Notes: generated by a model from the sequence alone, not told the origin. A stretch of DNA of 64,000 nt from Octopus sinensis (GCF_006345805.1 NC_043012.1:59210001-59274000), one strand, 5' to 3'; numbered from the stretch's first letter, positions 49,861-64,000 are shown. Numbers and translations are program-made.

Positions 49861-52559
49861 GTTAATTTTTCAAATTTTATACAATGAATATTAATCCGTA
49901 AAAAATATAAGAACAGGAGTCAGTGTAATCTGTACCCAAGAATACAGTACACCATCATGATCATATTCTAATGAACGAAACCATGAAAAAAATAAGATTA
50001 TACTCTTTAGGAGTGTATGAAAATTAAAAACTCTTTCTATCTGATATTAAAGGAAATCTATGTAAATTGCGCAATACATATCTGACTTTATGCTTTGCGG
50101 ATTCTTTTTTTGTTTGTTTTTTGGTGTTTTTTTTTGTTGTTTTTTTTGGCATCTGGTGAATACTCTCTAAGGGATTTTAGGGCTCCAATTTCATATTGTA
50201 TCACATTTTTTCATTGTTACCTTCTAAGCTAAAACAGAGTCTTGAATCATGTTTGTTCAGATTATTTTGCGGGAGTGTCACCACTTTTAAAATCAAAAAT
50301 TACTAACAAATTCTATATTAATTATCCTTTTTTCATTTTTCATCTACTTATATCGCTTTTGAGATTACCGGAGAATATCATCTTTGCTTCAAAATGCAAA
50401 TTAAAGATCCATATTGGCAAAATGCATTTACAAATACTATCTTTGAATTGCATATGAGCCTTTGTAGAAAATTATTGTGAAATTCGCTTGAAGATGGAAG
50501 TTTGCGTTTTTTAGAATGTTTGCTTAAATAAACGTCTGATTTTGATTTTATTACACCTGATTTTTATCTTCATAAATAAAAGATTTCAATCACTTCCTCC
50601 ATTTATCTTTGTTTTTCTTCATTTTCTCTTCTCATCGAAATCAGAAATAATTTCCATAATTTTAAAATTGCCTTCATCTTGTTGCAGTTTACTGAACCAT
50701 TTTTCCGATTCCCATTTTTTTCATACTTTTGTTTCGTCTAAATGACATGTAGTAGCACCACAGCAATTTTCATTGCATTTTTTTTCCTTTTCCTTTTCTT
50801 TTTTTTTTTTTTGTATTCTTCTCTCGGGTTTGCTCAGTTTTTTCTTCCATTTTTGGGAATTTTTGTATTCATTTTTTTTAAGCTTCCATTTATCTGTATT
50901 TTTTATTATCATTCATTCCTTCTTCTCCATATTCTTATTACGAAAATATAGCTGCAAAGAACTGCTTTACCCAAGGGATTTTTAAAAAATAAATGTAAAA
51001 GTCTATTGTTCCCAAATCGAAAATCCTTATTCAGATTACATTGCGTCCAAATGCATTCTCTGTCAAATTGCGGCTGACTGGATACCAGTTTTAACGGTGC
51101 TTAAGTAGGATTCCCAAGTTCAGTGGCTTATGTATATGTATACATGTGTGTGTCTTTGTTTGTTTCTTTGTGTTTGTGTATGTGTGTGTGTGTGTGCGCG
51201 TGTCATATATATACATATCTTACAAAACAAAACAGAGGTAAAGGAGCAAAGATGTTTAAAAAATGGTAAACGAATGAAAATCCCTAAAATTCTTTAATAA
51301 CGTTGACTTAGATTCTTTCATTTAATACTTACCATCAGAAACATGTAAGTTTTTTAAACATTTTCGTTGTAATCATCTGGATACAAAACCGATTTTTCTT
51401 CGTTCGTTTTTACTTTCATATATTTCTTGTCTTTCGTTCGTATTTTGATTGTTGTTTTTCTTTTGTTGTTGTTCTTTTTGTTCTTTCTTAACCGAATCTG
51501 CACAATCCTCATTTCATTAAAAACGACAAAACTAACCAAAATTGTTAGATTGTTTCAAAGTTGATAGCCTGCAGATAATGACAAAATGCCGTTTGCTGGC
51601 ATTTTCTCTGCAATGCTATCAAGCAAAATATTTCCATAACCTGCCATTTTGATTTTCCTTGTGCCTGAAGCAAAAGTAATATATTCACATGGAAATTCAT
51701 TTTATTCAACAAAATGTGGGAGATCGAAAAGTAATTTACAGGAGAGAAACTAAATGTCTTTAATTTACGAAAATAAATTTCCCTTGCAATTTTAATATCC
51801 TGATGGCGGACATGCGCGTCGATTGAGAGCAGCAATCATTTCGTACATCAGCTTACCTTAAAAGATCCCTGTTATATATAGGCAATAATAGTTCCTAAAT
51901 TAAAAAGCTTACATGAGATAGGAATATTTCATTCTATTCCTTTTAAAATATTTCACATTTTCTCCCTTTCTGCTATTATTTTATATTGCATTGCATTTAT
52001 TTCTACGACATGAAATTATCTAAAATTTGTTTCTTTCCTTAAAAGTTTAAATTTATGTATTTATTATCTAAAACATATACATTATGTACATTATGCCCCA
52101 CCTTTCCCCTACATAAATATTTTGTTTCAGCACAGTTGTTTATTTAACAGAATCTATTGAGTTGTAAGTGCCATCATAAATCCGATAAATATATTTTGAT
52201 TAAGAATTTATCCAATTGCAGTTGTTTTTGTTGTTTGGTTTGGTTTTGTTTTTATAACATTAACATTTATAACATTTTTGTAAAATTTTAAAGAGTAAAC
52301 CAGAGTTCATATTTTCCCGAGCCCTTTTGATAATGAAAAGTGCTGATAGCTGGTTATGTCCGACCGTATTAATATACTCTGTATTTGTTCCAGGAAGGAA
52401 TTGTCCCTGGAAAGTCAGAGTTTTCTGAAAACAATGCATATCCTTGAATACAAATAGAATTCCTGAGAGAAATATGTTACGTGTCATCCCAAACGCATAA
52501 TCAGGACTTTGTTTCTCTTAAATTATGTTATGATCAAGAATGAACATGGTATTTCACCT

Positions 52560-52820
52560 AGGAAGTTCCTCTCCAAAGCACAAGTCCAGGCATGGATTTC
52601 TTTTTTATTGAAAACCAACAATCGCCCATGCATACCAGCCTCTCTTCCTCACGCAATCGATGTTAACCAAGGGAAAGGCAAAGGCTGACAAAGCTTCGCA
52701 CTCCTGATGTCGCAACTCATTTCTACAACTGAGTGAAGACACAGCTCGGTCCGGGAATCGAACTCATAATCTCGTGGGTGTAAGCCTGACACTCTAACCA
52801 TTGAGCCATGCGCCTTGAGA
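52560..52820 (-). mobile_element. tRNA-headed SINE (family D-like)
   Basis: ccgggaatcgaactca...gacactctaaccattgagccatgcgcc is a reverse-complement tRNA-like head. Confidence 0.6.
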
Positions 52821-52952
52821 AATTATGTGATATGATTCCAAATTAAACTGAATTATATCTCTTCATATGCTGATGTTGTCCAACTAACTATTAACTCGGA
52901 AAGAAGATTTAAAGTCACACCTTATTTAAAGCAAAATCCGCTATGTTCTGTA

Positions 52953-53590
52953 GATTTGCCTTAGCGAAATCCACTACGTTGCAAGGATTTATTTTAGCGA
53001 AATCCATTATGTTGCAGGGATTTGCTTTAGCGAAATCCATTATGTTGCAAGGATTTGTTTTAGCGAAATCCACTGTGTTGTACGGATTTGCTTAAGCGAA
53101 AGCCATTATGTTGCAAGGATTTGTTTTAGCGAAATCCACTATTTTGTACGGATTTGCTTTAGCGAAATCCACTACGTTGCAAGGATTTATTTTAGCGAAA
53201 TCCATTATGTTGCAAGGATTTGCTTTAGCGAAATCCACTATGTTGTACAGATTTGTTTTAGCGAAATCCATTATGTTGAAAGGATTTGCTTTAGCGAAAT
53301 CCATTATGTTGCAAGGATTTGTTTTAGCGAAATCCACTGTGTTGTACGGATTTGCTTTAGCGAAATCCATTATGTTGCAAGGATTTGCTTTAGCGAAATC
53401 CACTGTGTTGTACGGATTTGCTTTAGCGAAAGCCACTATTTTGTACGGATTTGCTTTAGCGAAATCCACTATGTTGTACCAATTTGTTTTAGCGAAATCC
53501 ACTATGTTGTACGGATTTGTTTTAGCGAAATCCACTGTGTTGTACAGATTTGCTTAAGCGAAATCCACTATGTTGAAAAGATTTCGTTTA
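52953..53590. repeat. 33-bp minisatellite, 19 units, each with an internal hairpin
   Basis: The agcgaaa core recurs exactly every 33 bp from 52963 to 53557; consensus ggatttgctttagcgaaatcca(c/t)tatgttg(ca/ta)(a/c). Confidence 0.95.
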
Positions 53591-54877
53591 GACCTACGGT
53601 GCGAGTACATGGAATTTTGATTTCTTATCAACGGTTTTGGCAGTCATGATCTGATTGTGAGGTATTTGGTTAAGGCGCAAAGCACTAGAGTCTTCTTTGA
53701 AATTTTCTAAATTCATCTGTGACGTCGGTTAACTATTTCTCATTTGTAAATCTTACGCATATTGTTTAAATTGATTAAATAGATTCAACTTTAAAGCTGT
53801 GGTCATGCTGGGGCACTATCGAAAAGTGTGAGTTATTAGACAGTGGCCATGCTGGAACATCGCCTTTAGAGGGCGCAGTCGAACAAATCGGCCTCGGTAA
53901 TATTTCGTTTTATATGTGGCACTTATTCAATCGATCTGATTTGGCACGAGGACTTAAACAAACTCGAAAACAAACACGCATACACACATACACACATACA
54001 TACTTGCATACATACATACATCCATACATACACATACACACACGTATGTATTGTAACCGCAGGTGGACTGTTGGCGATTTTCCTCCTTCTTCTTTCTCTC
54101 CTTTTAGAATTTCCTGTTCTTTTCTCTTTCTGACGACGAGCAATGTACGAAAGCTAAACTCCCTTCATTCTCTGAGCGTCATATTAAAAATTGTGCTAGG
54201 TTCTCAAGTTTGTTTGTTTCTTTCTTTATCTTTTTTCTTTTTTCTCTGCTTTTTGAATTGACTCTCTCTCTCTCTTTCTCTCCCTCTCTCTCCTCTCTCC
54301 CTCTTTCCTTCTCTCTCCCTCTCTCTTTCTCTCTCGCTCTCTATGTAATATATATATATATTATATATGTATTATATATATATATGTGTACACATATATG
54401 TATGTATGTATATTTATATATATATATATATATTATATATATATAATAAATATATATGTGGGTGTGTGTGTGTGTGTGTATGTATGTGTGTATGTATGTA
54501 TGTATGTATACATATAACATTAATAATGGTAAGGAAAATGTATATTTTTCACATCCGTAAATTTTATTTAACAGTTATTTACAGCAGGGTGTCTACAGGT
54601 TTTCCGTCAACTAAATCACTCACGAAGCATTAGTCGAACCGGAGATATATTAGGCACCGCACATTGAAGCTAAACCAGAAGCAATGTCGTTTCAAAATGG
54701 AGGTCGTTAACCACTGAACCACACGTGACATATTTTTGCCAATAAGTGTTCGAGGCTAACAGCATCCTTTAAGTAGTGAATAAAATAACCAAGCAAATGA
54801 CATCCGGTTTTGAATTAGAATATGTGGCTGCCTGGAAATTAACAGACGCGAATTCAAAATTCGGTCTTCAGTGACAA

Positions 54878-55310
54878 ACATGGTCATGGCTGTGTAGTTA
54901 ATAAGATCGCTTTTCAAGTACGTGGCTTGGGGTTCAATCTTACTGCGCGGCACATGGGACGAACATCTTTTACTACAGTGCTGGGTGACCAATGCCTTGC
55001 TAGTGAATTTGTCGACGGAAGCGATGCGGAAGCCTGTCATGAATATGTGTGTGTGTGTGTGTGGTGTGTGTGTGTGTCTTTGTGAGTGACTAGCGCGTGA
55101 TTATGCGGCTATGATTGTCACCCCTTCCCGGCCACTGTTCGACAGCTATTGCTGGTTTGTTTGCGTTTCCGTAATTTGGTGTGACTTCAAAAGATACCAA
55201 TTGGAAAAATACCAGATTTAAAAAGAAGTAAGTATTGGTGTTGATTTGTTCGACTAAAACCCTTTATGCTCCAGCATGACCGCAGTCAGTTATGTAAACA
55301 ACCAAGAGAT
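54878..55310 (+). mobile_element. SINE family A, diverged
   Basis: Head, central (GT)n and tail gctccagcatgaccgcagtc. Confidence 0.75.
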
Positions 55311-55799
55311 AAAGAATATCAATGATTTTTTGTATAGATAAATCGTTATTCGGCGGATCACTTCTATATATAACGCGTTTCGTTTAGTCGAATTTGCTGT
55401 ATACAGCAAGAGAAGAGCGGATAAGAACGATGCGATGTACAGAAAAAGATGAGAAGACGACCAGAAATATCTACATCTTTTAACGATAGAAAAATGCGAG
55501 TAGAAAATTGATACACGTAAGGCGTGGTTAATAAACCCAAAGAAAGCGAAATACTACTAGCAGTACACACAGCTAAAAAGAAATATGGATATGCGGTTTT
55601 GCTTTAGTGTTTTTCTCCAATACTAAACTTATATATTCATCAAGAATTATCTCAAGCCATAACTTTTTACTTATTATGTTTTTTTTTTATCTACATCATA
55701 AAAATGTCGCCTTCGTGAATGAAGTAAGAACACAAAAAGGAAAAAAAAATTATATTGTTTTGCGTTGATTTTTTTCTTTTTATTTTATTTCAGTAGTAA

Positions 55800-56120
55800 T
55801 TTTGATGTTTCACACACACACACAAAGCAATACACAGCCGCACGCGCACGCACACAAACACAAACACACAAGCTCGCACGCACGCATATACGTACTAGTA
55901 TATGCATATAAAAACACATATACATATATGCAAATATATATACATATCCATATATATGTACATATATTGTTTACCATATATATATATATATATATTTAGA
56001 TATAGATATAGATTTCCACATATACAAATATATATATATATATATATTTATATATGCACATACATATACATGTACATTTTATAGATATATGTATATATAG
56101 ATATATATACAAATATACAT

Positions 56121-56171
<51 letters not shown>

Positions 56172-56270
56172 GCACATATCTATATACATATGTACGTACA
56201 TGCCTACATACATACATAGATACATACATACATACATACATACATACATACATACATACACATCCCTACC
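55800..56270. repeat. (CA)n/(TA)n/(TACA)n compound microsatellite
   Basis: Direct reading. Confidence 0.85.
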
Positions 56271-57394
56271 TAAATACACACATAGATACACCGACTCTCT
56301 CCCAATATTCTAATAATAATACTGTTACATGATTTATCGAAATTGTAAAATCTTTGAAGCATGTGATTTATACGATAGCAAATAATTTTCAAATTACTTG
56401 AACAGAAGCTAAAATATTGAAATATTTGGAATTAAAAGTAAGAATATCAATAAACTTATTGCATTTTCTACACAGAAAATATTAGAAAGTAATAAATTGT
56501 ATTTATAATGTAAACAGGAATAATCATTTAGTTATAATGTTAACAAAAATAACCGCAGTCTTGGCGAACTAATAAATTTTAGTTATAATGTTAACAAGAT
56601 TAAATAGCGGGTTCTCTTTCTCTCACTCTTTCTTTCACTCTTCTAATAACAGTTGGAATTGTATGTGATACACATGGATTGTATAAGATAGATGTTTAAG
56701 TTTTGTATAAATGTATTTATGCACTTGTCTCTGTGTATGATATACAGAACATAGAGTTACAGCTTTTAGTATTGTATTCGAGAGAAGTACGATGTCTTCT
56801 AAAAGTATTGTGGCCGTTTGGAAATGTTGATGTCTGATGTGATATGTGTACATATATGTATAGTCATGTGTGTGTGCCTGTGTGTGTGAGAGAGAGAGAA
56901 ACAGAGTGTATATATGTATGGGCATTTGCATGTATATACATATATATACATTGCGTCCGATATAAAACAATGCATGATAAAAGAAACATTGTTTATTACA
57001 TACATAATGATAGAGTTATATGCTATGTATATTAATATATCTGTGTGTATGAATATGTACATACATGCCATATATATATATATTTATACATACACATATA
57101 TATGTGCGTACATGTATGTGTGTGCGTTTGTACGTTTGTGTGTGTATGTGTTGTGTGTGTTTATAAATCGATCTTGAATCGAATAAAAAGTACTCAACAC
57201 GTTGTATATTTAATGCTGTAATATTTTATTTTATTTTATTATATATATATTTTTTGATATTTTGTTTCTTAATAAGGCAATACCTAATTAGTTTCAATAA
57301 GTTATAACTATATGTACTCAAAGGCAAGATAATTTGCCTTTGAAAAAAATACAGGAACATATTGTTCTAATGCGAGGCATAACAAGAAGAACAA

Positions 57395-57398
57395 CAGC

Positions 57399-57482
<84 letters not shown>

Positions 57483-57483
57483 A

Positions 57484-57520
<37 letters not shown>

Positions 57521-57567
57521 GGGTGGTCATGATGATGATAACAACAATTATAATAATAATAACAATA

Positions 57568-57630
<63 letters not shown>
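57395..57630. repeat. (TAA)n/(TGA)n tract
   Basis: Direct reading. Confidence 0.9.
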
Positions 57631-57995
57631 TAATAATGTATGTGTGTGTATGTGTGTGAAAAATATAAACGGCGGAATAAAATCGACGCCATTGTGATCA
57701 GAAATTTCATTTGTTTTACACAAATAATGTCTGAATGTCTGTGCTCATGTGTGTGTGTGTGTGTGTGTATGTGTGTGCGTGTATGTGTGTATGCGTGGGT
57801 ACGTGTGTGTGTACATGTACATATGCATGTGTATATATACACACTCGCACATATATATACGTATATAAACACACACAAATAATGTATATGTTATGAGCAT
57901 TTTGTACATAACATAAAGATTGCCGTTCGTTTAAACATGGCGAGCATTGTTTAAATATTGTACGTGATACAAACTTGTACGTGTTTTGTGATACA

Positions 57996-58110
57996 TACGA
58001 GCGTGCGCTGAAAGGTTCCAGGCTTTGTGTAAAAAGATAAATACAGGAGGATCAGTTAATTATGATTTTACTCAACATATTCCCGTCTCATATTCACACA
58101 CATATTGCCT
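57996..58110 (+). mobile_element. mariner-like terminal fragment
   Basis: Begins TA-CGAG...GCTGAAAGGTTCCAGGCTTT, resembling mariner TIR starts; identification from recall only. Confidence 0.4.
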
Positions 58111-58277
58111 CCGCTCGTAGAGCTTATAAGTAAAAGAAACATTGTATGGAGAATACAAATATTTCTCTGTGACATACACGCTTTATGTGATAGAAATATT
58201 GCTCCTGTTATGAAATTAGTTCGTTATGAATGATAGAAGCACTATGAGTTCAAAATAGCAATCTGCACAACATATGA

Positions 58278-58655
58278 AAAGCAGATACATCATCGAAAGC
58301 CTTATTAACTGCGGTATTCGTCTTGAGAGGAATACCGCAATTTACCAGACTTTTAATAATGTACTTGCTTTAAGTATAATATAGAGGTTGCTGTTTTGAT
58401 CTAATACTGCTGCTATCGCACATGAAGAATTTTAATTGAATCTACTGGCTGATGGTGACATGAGTGTGTATTCAATCAAGTGAATACGTGATACAGATGA
58501 AGCTTAAAGAAAGAGAAATATGTATTTAGTAATGCCACCTCTGCTGCCGAGCGATTTTCGGCAGCTTCTGATATACTTCTCTAATTCTTAACACTATACG
58601 TCTGCAAGAGTTGCTATCTCGAAAGGAAACTGCTGTTTAATGATGTATCTGCTTT
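58278..58655. mobile_element. MITE-like element with 16-bp perfect TIRs (possibly Kolobok-like)
   Basis: aaagcagatacatcat (58278-58293) / atgatgtatctgcttt (58640-58655); the right end runs into TTAA. Confidence 0.5.
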
Positions 58656-59237
58656 AAGTATGATACACAAATTATCATAAAATTTATGTTTATTTTATAA
58701 ACATTATGTCAGCGATAGAAATATTTTGTAAACATTGCGTGAAAGATATGTACTGTCTGGTCAAATTAGTATGATAATAACATTTATATAATATAAAGAT
58801 TATGTGTGTGATATAAGAAAAATGTGTTTACCGTTTGTAAGTCTGTCATATTATCAATATTTAATACGATTATTGTGCATATATATATAACATGTGAGAT
58901 AACCAGTGCCGTTGTTTAATATAAATTGTGAGGGTATATAATATTAGTGAGTGTCTGTCCGTGTATTGTTTGTGTATATGAGTGTGTGTGTTACAAACAT
59001 GTAGTACAAATGTGTTTGAAGAAAACATTCGAAGTATTGAATGAATATTGTGTGCATGCAAGGCTGTGCGTTTGTTCCATATGCGTTAGCGAACGTTTGC
59101 TTACTTGCGTTTGTGTGAAACAAATTACGGCGTAAAAAATATTGCCATTGTAAACATGGATTTTTATCTATGTACTTCATAAATATTGTCTCTTTATGTG
59201 TGCATAGTATACGCACATACATACGCATATACATATA

Positions 59238-59650
59238 TAGGCGCAGGAGTGGCTGTGTGGTAACTAGCTTGCTTACGAACCACATGGTTCCGGGTTCATT
59301 CCGGAACCATGCGGTTAGTGTCTTCTACCTTGGGTAAATGTCTTCTACTATAGCCTCGGGCCGACCAAAGACTTGTGAGTGGATTTGGTTGACGGAAACT
59401 GAAAGAAGCCCGACGTATATATGTATGTATATGTATGTGTGTATATATGTCTGTGTGTCTGTGTTTGCCCCCAACGTTGCTTAACAATCGATGCTGGTGT
59501 GTTTACGGCCCCGTAACTTAGCGGTTCGGCAAAAGAGACCGATAGAATAAGTACTAGGCTTACAAAGAATAAGTCTTGGGTTCGATTTATTCGACTAAAG
59601 GCGGTGCTGCAGCATGACCGCAGTCAAATGACTGAAACAAGTAAAAGAGT
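59238..59650 (+). mobile_element. SINE family A, full-length reference copy
   Basis: tRNA-like head taggcgcaggagtggctgtgtgg...gggttca, central microsatellite, tail gactgaaacaagtaaaagag; possible TSD atacgcatata on both sides. Confidence 0.9.
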
Positions 59651-59840
59651 AAAGGAGTATATTATACGCATATATATATGTTTACATGCATATGCATAAA
59701 TGTATGTATATATATATTTATATGTTTATATATATAAGAATATATATCTATAAATACATATATGAGTGTTTGTGTGTGTATGAATTTATGTATGTATCTA
59801 TGTTTGAGTGTATATATTTATGTATGAAAAAGTTGCCTCC

Positions 59841-60009
59841 CATAGGCGCAAATGTGGCTGTGTAGTAAGAAGCTTGCTTCCGTACCACAAGGTTCTCGGT
59901 TCAGTCGCACTGCATAGCTCCTTAGGCAAGTAAATTATACTATATCCTCGGGCCGATGAAAGCCTAGTGAATGAATTTGGTAAACGGAAACTGAAAAAAG
60001 CTCATCGTT

Positions 60010-60056
<47 letters not shown>

Positions 60057-60285
60057 TGTATGTATGTATGCATGCATGTATGTACGTGCCTGTATGCCGG
60101 CATTTAACCCCCATTTGACAACCGGTGTTGGTATGTTTACGTCCTTGTAACCTCCCGGTTCGTCAAAAAAGGCCGATAGAATAAGTACTAGGCTTAAAAG
60201 ATAAGTCCTGGTGTCGATTTACTTTTGCTAAAATTCTTCAGGGCGGTGCTCCAGCATGGCCACAATCAAATGACTGTGACCAACG
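59841..60285 (+). mobile_element. SINE family A, diverged
   Basis: Colinear with 59238-59650. Confidence 0.85.
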
Positions 60286-60663
60286 GAAGACTATATGACT
60301 AGCATGAATCTGTGCTATTGGAAATGCTCTATGTCAGTTTCATGAGCCATATACTTCTGTGCTGGATTTCGGGCATTTTGGGAGAGGGTATTAATTTTGG
60401 AGTTTTCCTTCTCCCTGATTGGTTCTTTTCACCGCAGCTAAGAAGCTCAATTTATCCTTCATAAAAATTTATGAAACCCTTTGGTGGGTCTCTGACAGAT
60501 ATTGCTGTTCCTGGTGGGAACGAACCTGGGAACAATAGTAATTAATGAGTGACTCCACACTCTACACACCCCTCCCGCCTCTAACTCTAGAACTCACGAA
60601 CTGGGACCTCACCACTTGACACAGTTTAATGTCCTACCCAGGGCTACCCTTACATAAAGCTAT

Positions 60664-61080
60664 TTTCTTATTTCTTTATTGCCCACAAGGGACTAACATA
60701 GAGGGAACAAACAAGGACAGAGAAAGGTATTAAGTCGATTACATTGACCCCAGTGCGTAACTGGTACTTAATTTATCGACCCCGAAAGGATGAAAAGTAA
60801 AGTCGACCTCAGCGGAATTTGAACTCAAAACGTAAGGGCAGACGAAATACCTGTTTCATTATTACCCACAAGAGGCTAAATATAGAGGGGACAAACAAGG
60901 AGAGACAAACGGATTAAGTCGATTACATCGACCCCAGTGCGTGACTAGTACTTAATTTATCGACCCCGAAAGAATGAAAGGCAAAGTCGACCTCGGCTGA
61001 ATTTGAACTCAGAACGTAACGGCAGACGAAATACGGCTACGCATTTCGCCAGGCGTGCTAACGTTTCTGCCAGCTCGCCG
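60664..61080 (-). mobile_element. SINE family B head-to-tail dimer with 10-bp TSD
   Basis: Reverse complement of 28839-29253, period 184 bp; TSD ataaagctat at 60654-60663 and 61092-61101. Confidence 0.9.
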
Positions 61081-61769
61081 AAAGTAAGACGATAAAGCTA
61101 TCGTCTTACTTTACTTAAGACTCAAGACAACTTGAGCATTACTCCTATGTGAATACATTCGACAGACATGTCTCTAGATTATCTCGTTTTCATTATTTAA
61201 TATTCCAGAGAGCTGGGGTTGAGCATCAACAAAGAATATGTAAGACATCCTTGTCTCGCAAATGCGTTTAAAATTCCAAAATCATTATGGTTGCGAGACA
61301 GACAGAATTAGTTCCCATATAGAATATATTAGAATGGATTTTATCCAGGAAATGTTTCATGACTCCAAAACTTGTCATTAGTTTTGAGACAGCCAGTTAT
61401 GGTAGGGGGAGGGGATCTGTTGGCATGATTTTGTTTCCGTCTTGCCGCACCCCAGACAAATTTGATAAAAGAAAATACAACATTTTCGGTTGTGTACCGA
61501 CAACCTAATTGGTTATGAGAGTTTAACTACCCAGCATTATTTAGTTCTCGTTTTTTATTTTTTATTTTTTGCAATGATTGATATTTATAATAAAAACTTG
61601 GGGCGGGAGAATAACGAGGTTAAGAACATTGAGGTAGGAGTGAGGGAATGGGATGTGGTGGGAGTAGAAGGAAAATACTTATCGCTTCTGACATAAGTAA
61701 ATCAATGGCTGAAAACAAACACTAAACATAGCGAATGGGAGGGGGAGGGTGAATAGATTCTAGTATTAA

Positions 61770-61866
61770 CGGTGACGATAATGATGATGATGATGATGAA
61801 GAGGAGGAGGAGAAATAGAAAGAGGAGAATGGGGACGACGAGGACGACGACGATGAAGATGACGAC

Positions 61867-61913
<47 letters not shown>

Positions 61914-62367
61914 CGACGATCATCATCATCATCATCATCATGACTGAAACGAGAAGGATGACGGCGATGATGATGGCTGTGATGGTGATGGTAGCGGTGG
62001 TGATGGCGATGCGGCCGTGATGGTGGGATGGTGGACAGCAAAAGCGAAGTAGACAGAAAGCGATACGGTTCGTTAATTTAACGAATGTCAACTTTAATAT
62101 TCCGTGCTGCAGATACGAATACTGATAAAGGGAACAGGAAAAAAAATTATCCTCTGAGTGTGTGTGCGTGTGTTTGCATGTGTGTGTTTGTGTGCGCGTG
62201 TGTGTTTGTGTGTGTAAGTGTAAGTGTGTCTGTGTGTGTGTCTGTGTTTGTGTTTGTGTGTGTGTGTGTATGTATGTCTGCGTACGTCTGTGTGTGTGTT
62301 TGTGTTTGTATGTGCGTGTATGAATGTCTGAGAGCATATATATTTATGTACTTATATGTGCGTATGA

Positions 62368-62427
<60 letters not shown>

Positions 62428-62544
62428 AGAGAGGAGAGAGACAGACAGACAGAAAGTGAGAGAGAGGTGGGGATGCAGCGTGTCTATGTGTCTGCGTGAG
62501 TTGTTTCTGTACGGATATATATGGGGTATATAATATATAATATA

Positions 62545-62600
<56 letters not shown>

Positions 62601-62680
62601 ACATATATATAATATATATTACATATACATATATATATATACATATACATATATATATATATATATACATATAATATATA
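61770..62680. repeat. Compound (GAT)n/(GT)n/(GATA)n/(TA)n microsatellites
   Basis: Direct reading. Confidence 0.85.
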
Positions 62681-63298
62681 TATATTCATTTCTATAATTC
62701 TGAAATGCAAAAATTTGTTTGTCTGGTTTTGGCATTGAGAACGGGTTAAAGGCCGCTAGATCCCGTCGGATTGACTTCGAAATTTACAGGGACATGTAAA
62801 AGGAGGTGAGGATGCGAGTGGGCTAGGTTAGAGATCCCCATCTTAAAAGGTGTCGTTGCTAGGGCCAAAAACGCACACTTTGACAAGTCTACTCTCATTC
62901 TTTTGTGTGTCTATCTTTCTCCATTTCTCTGTTTCCTCCCTTCCCATCACTTTCTCTCTATAACGTCGCTTGACAGCGTCTACTATCTTTCCCCTGCCGC
63001 CTTCGCAGCGCTGTCACTCTTTCTCTCTACGTCTGTGTGCATTCATAGAGAGAATTAGCATCGCCAACACAACCACACAATCATGAGAACAAATATTATG
63101 AATCAGATATTTATTGGGTTAATTTATATGTGTGTGTGTGTGTGTGTGCGTGTGTGTTCTGTATATGAATATGTATATATAATGTATACATAGAAAGTGT
63201 ATATATCTGTATTTATATATATGTATATATATATAATTTGTGTACATTAGTATATATAACGCATACACACACACGCATATATATATATTATATATATA

Positions 63299-63361
<63 letters not shown>

Positions 63362-64000
63362 GGTATATATGGTACATATATATATTTAATGCGTATATAT
63401 ATATATATATACAATGTGTGCATAATGTGGTCGTTTGGGCTGAAAATATGCACATCTATGTTAAAAGTGCCGGCGAGTTTGCATGGCAACTATTTCCTCA
63501 AATGAAAGGCGTGACCTCTAGGACAAAATTCCTCATCTTATAAAATGTGGCCCGAGTAGACCCGAATGAAATCGGGTTATATTAACCAAAATGTGAAAAA
63601 GGGTCTAAATGGGGCTGGAAGGAGATTAAAATTTACAGGAGCGGGTGCTTAGGAATTCTTTGTTAAATCAGGCTAAAAAGTTTGTGCCAGCCTTTAAATC
63701 GTCAATGTGTTACCGTCCATGATGAAGAAGTTTTGAATACTTTCAATGGTGAGTCTACTGTCGTGAGGAAAAATCACTTCAAAACTTGGTGTTTAGGAAT
63801 TTTCTTTTACGCCAAAATTTTACGCCAGCCGTTAAACTGCCACTACGTTGCTGTCCGTCGTTAAGAAATGCCAGCCATGGTGACTCTACTATCCTCAGAT
63901 TTTATCCCTTCAAACTTTGGTTTCCAATATTTTTTTTTATTCAGCTCGCAAGTTCGTCTGTCCCTTTTAAATGTTAGTGTTTTGCTGTCTGCCTTGAATC

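Noticed and set aside
52953-53590. CRISPR array interpretation of the 33-bp hairpin repeat (also the 37-bp repeat at 18916)
   Set aside because: The intervening sequences are homologous variants, not unique spacers; no cas genes; eukaryotic context.
68-63489. Most ORFs in the supplied track (poly-I/Y/L/N/V/H/T, YI, CV and LSIY repeats)
   Set aside because: They are translations of di-, tri- and tetranucleotide microsatellites, with no splice or domain support.

Overview
AT-rich, repeat-saturated animal genomic DNA. The SINE families and microsatellite load point to an octopus (inference from recalled repeat sequences). No complete protein-coding gene, rRNA, true tRNA or CRISPR array is visible, and almost every ORF in the supplied track is a translated microsatellite. 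The window is a mosaic of four tRNA-headed SINE families, TAA-embedded R4/Dong-type LINE 3' ends, Penelope-like GIY-YIG remnants, decayed Tc1/mariner and hAT transposases, several MITEs, two minisatellites (37 bp and 33 bp) and a few candidate + strand exons. The most notable signal is a complete type I hammerhead ribozyme (44414-44459). It sits at the tip of a ~110-nt rod inside a 277-bp element with terminal inverted repeats, and several eroded hammerheads from other Penelope-LTR-like families occur elsewhere in the window. Coordinates of decayed elements are approximate, and family assignments are from recalled motifs, not database searches.
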